64,000 bases of DNA from Oikopleura dioica (lineage: Eukaryota > Animalia > Chordata): NCBI GenBank assembly GCA_907165135.1, contig OU015569.1:12710001-12774000 (forward strand). The letters are read 5' to 3'. The stretch's first letter is position 1; the number at the start of each line of letters is the position of its first letter. The notes under the pieces were generated by a model, which was given only the letters and a program-made list of their open reading frames with translations, ran no database searches and was not told the origin of the DNA. A program made the position numbers and the translations under genes. Below are positions 55,921-64,000 of this stretch, one piece after another.

Positions 55921-57780
55921 ATGTCAAAAATCGACATTTTCCGGCTCTGATAAACTCGAATCCGTAGATGGGGAAGACGGTGAGTTTCTTCGAAAAAGCG
56001 GCCGTCCAAACTGCGGCGGTGGTGTGCTCCTCCCGGACTCATCAGGACATGGGCGCGCTGGACATTGTCTCGCAGATTTTGAACACGGAGCTCGAAATGG
56101 AAAACTTCCTGGCTACCTACAATCTCGCCAAACCAGCCACGGCTTTCTTAATAGATTGATATTGAAAAGAAGTCTGGGCTCGACAACCTATGAACAAAAT
56201 CTGAGTCAGGTTCTAAATGAGCTAAACTGAAAAGCCGCCTAGCGGCTTTTCTTTAAACGAAACCGCTTTGCGGCTTAGCCAGAAATTAAGTACAGATTGA
56301 GTTGTTAGTATTTCCGAAGCCGAAAAGTGGCTTCGTTCTCAAAAACGCGGCTTTTCAATTTAACTCTTTTAAATCCTGACTCAGGTTTTTTACACAGCTT
56401 GCCGAGCCCAGAAAGAACTACAGCTAAAAAGCCGCTTTGAAAAGGAGTGATTCATTTTTACGGAAAAATCATCTTGGCTTACGAATTTTTAAAGTCGAAA
56501 CTGGACGATATGCGATCAGTAACTGTAGTTCCGATGGAGCCCGAAATGCTCCCGCTCTCCGCCCTCCCGTGTTCTGAAATTAAGGTAAAAGGCTCTTCCC
56601 AAAATTGCCGAATTCAGTTTTCATTTTAGTTAGAAAGGAGCGACAACGAGCTTGACTTTGAAGAGTCGGAATTGATGATCGACGAGATGGAAGACGAAGA
56701 CGCTGAAGAAACCCATGGCAACTCTCTCAATCTGCTTTCCGCTGATGACGCTGCCCGACTCACTGAAATGCTCGTTTCCGCGCAGAACAATTGCAACCCG
56801 CAACAAGATCTAGTCCTCACCGGAAGCATAAGGTCCCAGCCAGCCGTTTTTACGCGAAATAAACATTTCTATTCAGTAATTTGCTGGGGCAAGGAAGGCC
56901 GCAAAGGCCACTAGCTCCTGCTCCGGCGAAAAAAACTCCGTCGAACAATCGAAAGTCGAAAAATCCCTCTTGGAGCAAACAAAACGGCACTGGAAAAAGG
57001 AACAGGATCGAGAAGGAGCAAAACGGTAATGATTCGATGAAAAAGGCTCTTCTTCTATGTTTTCAGGAGACTCGTTGACAAGTCGTTATCGCGACACTTT
57101 GATTCACAAGTTCGACAAAGACGAATTGATCGTCCGTTTGAACCGGGACGAGGTCGACTTCCGGCCTTACTTCGACGAGCAATTCTGCTTCCTCCGCCTC
57201 GTTGTCGTCGACGAAAAAGTCTCGAATTATATTTATTGCGTCAACTGCAAGCAACTGCTCTGCTTCTTCGCGATCAACGTCAACTCGGGCGGCAAAGTTC
57301 AGGTTCGCTATTTTCATAACTGTCAATTAGATTTCTCGTTTTCTTGAATATAAAGCAAGACTCTGAGATTAAATTTTATTCATTAAGCTAAGCTGACCGA
57401 TTTACTTGTTAGCTAAGAAAATTCTAGCCGGACCATACATATCATATTCTAGCGCTTATCTTACTAAGCTGGGGAAAATAGCTAAGCTGATGAAACAAAT
57501 TTTGCATATAAAATGATCCGAAAAGAAGCTCGCTAAGCTGTGTTCGAAATAAAGCTAAGCTAACCTAAGATTACAGATTTTAACCATAGCTAGGCTGAGC
57601 TTAGCCCACGGCCTAGCTATCTCCGCTAGCGATTTTGATGAGACTGACTCCTCTTTTCAGACGAACACGATAAAAAAGCACAGTTCTGTTTGCAAATCTA
57701 ACGCGGCGAATGGCCCCTCTTCATATTCAGAAATCAATGCTCCTCCTTTATTATCATCTCTTCCTGCTAACTCTATTTAG
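55921..57780 (+). CDS. Protein with acidic region and C-terminal BED-type zinc finger (5' structure tentative)
   Basis: Exons SKLDDMRS..., LERSDNEL...acidic, ...FLRLVVVDEKVSNYIYCVNCKQLLCF...KVQ|TNTIKKHSSVC (CxxC...HxxxC). Confidence 0.65.
56174..56411. mobile_element. Family-A MITE in an intron of the BED-finger gene
   Basis: Full arms; flanks AAAGAAGT / AAAGAACT (7 of 8). Confidence 0.9.
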
Positions 57781-58057
57781 AAATAGTTTTTTTCCTTTGT
57801 ACTTCAACTTTTTTGCTTCAATATTTTCTGTCACTTTTTAAATAAAGACCAAAAGAATGAAATCTCTATTTATTAAAAATAAGAAAAAAATGGGTACGGT
57901 GTTTCTCATGCTCAAAAAATGGAAATAAATGGAGTTAGAAAGAGTTTAGCAGCAATTCTTTGAAATTCGGGGTCTTGGTTGTTTTGGCTTTTTCGTGAGA
58001 TGGTATGGCTACTTGTTGAGACTGGTACTTTGCGGGTGTTTCTTTCTTTTGTGCTTT

Positions 58058-60164
58058 TTAGTCTTCGATCCATTCATCAAACGGATCGAAGTCATGCTCC
58101 GTCAGAGGCAATTGAGTGGAGCTCGAGTCGCTGCTGGGCATGACGACAGAGTTGGAGGAAGAAGATCGGATCTGAGGAGACACTGTGCGGCTGGCTTCGT
58201 CCTCCGCCCGAGGTCTGAAAATCCGAATTAGCCCACAGCTTTAAAAATGAACCCAAAAAAATATTGACAATATGTTAATTTTTCGCTAAATTAAACGGTA
58301 AATCTTACCTCTGCCGGCCGAGCTGCTGGAGCGAGCTGGTCAAACTCGCCTTCGCGTCGACAAGTTGAACTTCAATCGCTCTCAAGTGCTTTCCGTTCTC
58401 CTCGAGCAGCCGCTCGAACTCGTCTCGCAAGTGAAAGTAGTCTTCGCATTTCTAAAAAAACGTAAAAATAAGAAGCGTCGTCTTTCGTACTTTAATGGCA
58501 CTTTCGCTTTCTTTCTCCATCCTTTTCGCGACTTTGTCGTACCGGGAGTAGATTTCCGTCGCTTTTCGATGTTGCGAGTGGATCTTATCGCTATAAAAAT
58601 TTGGGGATAACAATTTAAAGGCTGATTTAGGTGCTACCGTTGGAAAATCGCAGTTTGCGCCTTTTCGTTGGCTTCATTGAGCATTTCAAGCCACTGCGGC
58701 TCGAGTGGAAATTCGGCCATCTGTTCTTCGGCTACCTTACTCAGGATATTCACCAGGCCGAAAATCTGCACGTAAAAATTAAAAAAAAAACACAAAAATG
58801 GTTAAACGCTTTAAAAATCAAAAAGAACAATTTCAGTTGTATTTAAAAAAGCATCATTACTCCATGCAAATTTTTCATTTTTCATGCTCATGCTCAAACA
58901 AGTCTCTCTCTTTTTCTATTTTTTACCTGGAGGGTGATTGAGTCAGCTAAGCCTGTGCGAAATTTTAGCGTCAAAGAATCGGGTATAAAACAACTTATTT
59001 ACGTCTATTTTGGGAATCTAGTCCATTTTTTTTTCATTCCAGAATGAAGAATACCCTTTGCTTGACAACGTCGCGCGCGTTTTTGAGCATCAGGATCGTC
59101 TGGTGATAGTCGTTCGAGAGTTTCTCAGCGTGGGATCGCGTCCGCGCCGATTTCTTGCGCGCTTCAAAGTACGGCCGCGTCCGATCGAGGGTTGACCCGA
59201 GCGCACGTGACTTTTGCTTCAACTTGCCGGAGAACTCGGTCATTAGCGCGCGGTTTTGGGTGCGAGCTTCTTCGGCCTCGCGTTCAAGGCTATTGATTTT
59301 TTGTTGACAGTGCTTTTCGCGGACTTTTAATTGAAATGGAGGAACTCGTAAGGACTATCGCCTAAGTGGCAAAGGATAAGAGCTTTTCAGTCCGAGCCTG
59401 AACACGGGCAAGATCTGACGTGACGTTATGCTGCTCGATTCGATAGGGACTGATTCTGTGGCTCTCGGAAAAAGTGGAGGAGCCTTCTTCTCCGAGTGCA
59501 TCTTCGCCTAAAGTGTGCTCCGCGATGCTGCTCGGTGCGAACTCGTGTGTCCTTGGATAGCCGCTGTCGATCGAGGGCAGCTTAGAAAACGTCGAAAGTT
59601 CAAAATTGAGGCGTCCATTCTCGTCCCGCAGCTTTAAAATTGACCGTTTTTGGAAGAAGCATTTTCTTTTGGTTTATAAGGGTAACGTTGTTATTAAAAA
59701 GATGCTGTAATCGAGCAAAGTAGTTTTAAATAGCTTTTTTAAATTGGCGTCAGCGCATTTTTTACAATTTACGAGCTGTTTCAGTCAAGTAGAAATCAAT
59801 TACGAATATTTGAAATCAGGAAAAAGTGGCCAGGAAAATTGCCTACCTGCTGGTTTTCTACTTGCAACAGCTCAATTTGCTGAAGCAATTCGCTGTTGAG
59901 ATAATTTGCCGCGTCCAGGTTGTTGAGATTTGAAGATGGCGGGGTCAATTCTTCGTCGATATCTCGGAAGATGTCCTTAATTACACTTCAGTTCTTGTTG
60001 TTCATACAATTATGTATCATTTTTGGCTTTTATGATTTCATTTTTTTAGCTGCTACGAAGAAAAAAATTGGAAGAGAAAATAATATTTATTTAACAAAAA
60101 GCCTTAATTCGATTCAGTTGGGTACCTTGAAATTAAATTCTTTCGGCGTAGAATTCCCACTCAT
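58058..60164 (-). CDS. SH3BP5: SH3BP5/SH3BP5L (parcas)-like Rab11 GEF coiled-coil protein; start tentative
   Basis: KLKQKSRALGSTLDRTRPYFEARK...MLKNARDVV; AEEQMAEFPLEPQWLEMLNEANEK; KCEDYFHLRDEF. Confidence 0.8.
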
Positions 60165-60686
60165 GATCTTCCCGCTTCTTTTCCAGCTCAATTTCAGAAA
60201 TATTCGTTTTCAGTTTTGAAATTATCTCTTTAGTAAAGAATCGTTTGTCTCTTTTGATTCGGTTTACGAGCTGGGCGCCTATCCGAGCAATCACTCTCAC
60301 CAATTCACTCCAATTATCATTTTAACTCGCTCCATCTCCAGTCTTAGACCGTTCTCCTCTTCCTCCCCTTCTTCGACTTTTTTATATTTAAAAAATTTCT
60401 TGGAAAAATAACAAGAGAGCTCTGGTAGTTTGACGCTCCTCAAAAGTCAAACAACTCGACGGGGGAGAAGGCGCGACAAAAGAAGAGCTTGTTGAGAATT
60501 CAGGGCGCGACTGTATTCGTAAGCTTTGCCCTAATCCAGCTCTCAGATCCGATATTGTCTCCCTTATCGAAAAAGCATCCGACGGAATGAGCGTTTCCGT
60601 TGTAAATGATGTCCTCTGTAGCACGAACAAGAATATTCGGAATTTCGGAATGTTTAATAGGTTCATTGCGTTAATATTATATATAT

Positions 60687-60889
60687 CTGGGATCGGCAGC
60701 CTGATTAGAAATCCTGAGTCAGGATTTGAAAGATCTCTAATGAAAAGCCGCGTATTATTTTTACAATCTATTTTTAACTTCTGGCGAACTTGCGTTGTAA
60801 GAGCGCCGCTACTAGGCTTTTTCATTAGACTCTAATGATTAGAGATCTTTCAGACCCTGACTCAGGTTTTTTACACAGGCCAAGCCCAG
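60687..60889. mobile_element. Family-A MITE
   Basis: Arms present; flanks ATATATAT / ATTTATAT (7 of 8). Confidence 0.88.
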
Positions 60890-61134
60890 ATTTATATTTC
60901 ACAGTGCAAAAGTATAAAAATGAGCAGAGTTGACGAGAAGAAGGAATTCGAAAGTTGAAAACAAATGACGTGATCGAAGAGGGATTGGGCGGAAGAGAAG
61001 TTCAAGAATGTAAATCACTTCTCGAACTGTGGGTTGTGGCCCAGTAGCCGTTAAAAAGCAACGCTTGACTTTCCTAATTGGGCCGCTTCGGGTATTTAGA
61101 GCGGAGACAACAAGGAGAACAGACAAAGCAAGAA

Positions 61135-63500
61135 ATGAGCTTCGAGGAACTGAACACTTGGCTTTCGAGTTTCGACGGATTCGTCTCGCCCAACGTCGCC
61201 ACGCGAGATTTCAGAGCGACCGGACGCGGCATCGTGGCAAATGAAAACCTGCGGAAGTTTGAAAAGATTTTTCAAATTCCCCAAGCGCTGATTATTTCGG
61301 GCCCGCGGATGCTCAAAAACGCAGAAGTACTCAGGTAACATTTATTTGACGTCACTTGCAGGAAATCAAGTAATATGAATCAGACACAAGAAAAGATTTT
61401 GTATGAGAAATTGAGATTATTTCAGCATATAAAATTGAATACGATCTTCGTTGTGTAAATGCTCTAAGGACGAGAGCTTCATTTTATTAATTATTTAGCA
61501 TATTTTACACCTCTGCGAAAATTATTAAACTGCCAAAAAGAGAAATAAACGCATACATTATTGCTTTCATTTTAAAAAAAGTAAATTTTAGTATCTTCTC
61601 GACCTCTTCTGTAAAAGTCGACATTTCTCAAGTCTTCATCCTCTGGCTCTACTTAGGTATGTTTCTTCGCTTTTGCAGAAATTGACGTCTTCTTTTAAGA
61701 AATTCGAAAAGGGAAGAAGTCGCCGTTCCACACGTATCTGGACTCGATTCCGCAGCGCTACTGGATGGGAATCTGCGTCCCCGAAGAAGTCCATCCTTGC
61801 ATTCCGAAGCAGACGCTGGCCACGCTGCGGGACGAGATCGTCTTCGTACGTGCCAAGTTCGCCAATTTCTGCAAAGCGACAGAACACACTTGGCTCAAAG
61901 GAACGGGCCTCCTCTCTATTTTACATTCTTTAAGAAAAACTGTGCACTTTGGCCGCTCAAGTTCGGCCACAACTGCGCTTAGCACTTTTTGCACCTTATC
62001 AATTACGTCAACTGGCGAGGCATTATCGAGCACTGATTTAGTGCTGCATCTTCTCGAAAAAAGGGAGCCAAATGAAAGGGAGAATCAACTACACGCAGTT
62101 TTGCCACTTGTACGCGATTGTCAAAAGCCGCGTCGTCGGTGTCTGCGGACTCGTTTACAACAACAAAGAAACAGAAGAAATAAAGTGGATCGAGTGGGGC
62201 AGTCCTTACGATGACGCAATTTTATGCCCCGTTTTCGACTTGCTCAATAATTCCTGCGATTCCAACGCTTCCTACTCGTTTGATCCCTCCTCGAAGAGCA
62301 TGCTTGTCGAAATGGAAGAAGACATTAAAGGTTAGGCTAACAATTATCTGCTTTATGAGTTTGGCTCGCCAACCTGTGTAGAAATCCTGAGTAAGGGTCT
62401 ATAAGATCTCTCGTGAAAAGCCACTTAGCTAGAATTCGAAAATTGAATGGAAAAGAAATTTTTGGAAGCCGCTTTCCGAGCTTTGATAAGAGTTCTTTCA
62501 GACCCTGACTCAGGTTTTCTACACAGGTCGCCGAGCCCAGTTTACAAGTGTCTTCCCCCTCTAAAGCAAAACTAATGCTCGTTTAGCTGGCTCCCAAGTT
62601 TTCATCTGCTACGGGCCAAAATGCGACGATGTCCTTTTCAACAACTACGGCTTCGTCTTCAAAAGCGGCGAAAATCAAGAGAACTCGATCCGCGTCTTTC
62701 CAGAAGAAGTGATTTCCGAGTTGAGGCAACAAGGAAAACAGACATGCGCGCAAATTGACGAAAAGTACCAAAGCCTGCTTCGCCAAATCGAAGATGATGC
62801 GACTTTTCATCTCGCTTTCGATCAGATGAAGCTGAGGAGAGGCAATGTAGACTGGAACTTGTGGTACTTTGTGGTCTGGATGACTGGCGGCAGCGTTGAA
62901 GGTATTTTTGTTTGGAAACGAGACGCAACAGATCAACAGGTCGCGAAAACATACGTTCCCCGAACATAAGCAATTTACCCAGTTTCTTTTGACAAGCAGA
63001 ATTACAGAAAAAATAATTTTCTACATTCGTAAAATCTTCAACTAGAATCGCTTCTTTCAAAATATAAACAATCAAATTAAAGTATCCAGCAAAAAATGAA
63101 TAGTCAATTTCATTTAAATTTCAAGAGCTGTCTTCCATCCGTTCCACGCTCAACTTTTCAAGTAGCAGCGAGGCAAAACAGCGAGTCAATGCCCTGGACG
63201 TGATTCTAGCGATTCTGCGTAAACGACTAAATCAGCTGGCGGAAACGGCGAATGCGCAAGCAAAACTGACGCTTGAAATTCCAGATTGGTACTTGAAAAC
63301 GCTCAAGACTCTTAGGAGTTCGCACAATCAGCTGATGACCTACTGGTTCGTTTTTTTCCTTCACTCTATGTGTAAAAAGAACTGTTTGTTGCAGGTACGA
63401 CGAGTTGGTCGAAGAGCGCAAAAATAAAAGAAACCATTGCGAGGGAGAATCCGATCCAGGACAAACAGGCCAGGCTCTTTACCAAAAGATATCACTGTAA
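61135..63500 (+). CDS. SETD4: SETD4-like (Rubisco-LSMT class) SET-domain methyltransferase
   Basis: DFRATGRGIVA..L....I..IP; SPFHTYLDSIP; AIVKSR; LCPVFDLLNN; QVFICYGP...LFNNYGFV. 3' exons are tentative. Confidence 0.8.
62360..62540. mobile_element. Family-A MITE in a SETD4 intron
   Basis: Arms present; flanks TTTATGAG / TTTACAAG (6 of 8). Confidence 0.88.
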
Positions 63501-63628
63501 TAGAAAATTAAACATGGAGCCAACCACAGTCACTAGAATCGCGGCTCTTTCTCGAGTCAAAACGCCGTCGAGCCGAAAGCCGCCGCTCCGTATCCCGCTA
63601 CATGGGGAGCTATTCGGATCCTCCTGCT

Positions 63629-63838
63629 CTGGGCTCGGCAATCTGTATAAAAACCTGAGCCAGTCTCTTAAACTTTTAAAGTGAAAAGCCGTGTAGCGGC
63701 TCTTTTAGAAACGAAGCCGCAAAGAGGCTAATTATGATTGAAAAGATTATTTTCGTTTTCAAAAAGTTGCTACGCGGCTTCTCATTAGAAATCTTTCAGA
63801 CCCTGACTCAGGTTTTCTACACAAGTTGCCGAGCCCAG
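63629..63838. mobile_element. Family-A MITE with perfect 8-bp TSD CTCCTGCT
   Basis: CTGGGCTCGG...CCGAGCCCAG; TSD at 63621-63628 and 63839-63846. Confidence 0.93.
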
Positions 63839-64000
63839 CTCCTGCTTACCGCTATTTGAAGTGGCTTTCTTGAAACGATCATTTTTTTCTTCTTTCCTGT
63901 CAAGTTTTCATTTTTATCACTTTTCAGCAAAAAGTTCAAGCAATAAATTTCCGTTCAGAAATCATGACTTTTTGATGACTTTCATTTGATTAAGGCAATT

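Noticed and set aside
60200-61126. Minus-strand ORFs 60388-60825 and 60899-61126
   Set aside because: They overlap a MITE and a probable promoter; no coherent exon chain or domain could be built.

Overview
Gene-dense eukaryotic DNA, not prokaryotic. Short introns, non-canonical GA/GG-AG splice donors, AG acceptors just upstream of start codons and tightly packed co-oriented genes point to a larvacean tunicate (Oikopleura-like); this assignment is inference. About 22 protein-coding genes were reconstructed by eye: a secreted ShKT-EGF-TSP1 protein, a RASL11/RERG-like GTPase, a C2H2 zinc-finger protein, synaptogyrin, paxillin, NADPH-cytochrome P450 reductase (POR) with a Rab6 gene nested antisense in one intron, PIP4P/TMEM55, MVB12, THOC5, a small zinc-finger protein with triplicated exons, FAM184, CDC7, an M17 aminopeptidase, SLX1, UVSSA, an orphan coiled-coil gene, a C1orf74-like gene, a two-dsRBD protein, an ETS factor, a BED-finger protein, SH3BP5-like and SETD4-like. 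Non-coding space holds roughly 30 copies or remnants of one palindromic MITE family (family A, 8-bp target-site duplications, TGAGTCA core) and four other foldback elements. The most striking item is a 951-bp hAT-like MITE with a perfect 8-bp TSD inside the ETS-domain exon. It creates its own AG acceptor and offers in-frame non-canonical donors, so it may be an intron being gained. Several 1-nt frameshifts in homopolymer runs suggest long-read assembly errors. No tRNA, rRNA, CRISPR array or autonomous transposase was recognised. Family assignments come from recalled motifs, not database searches.
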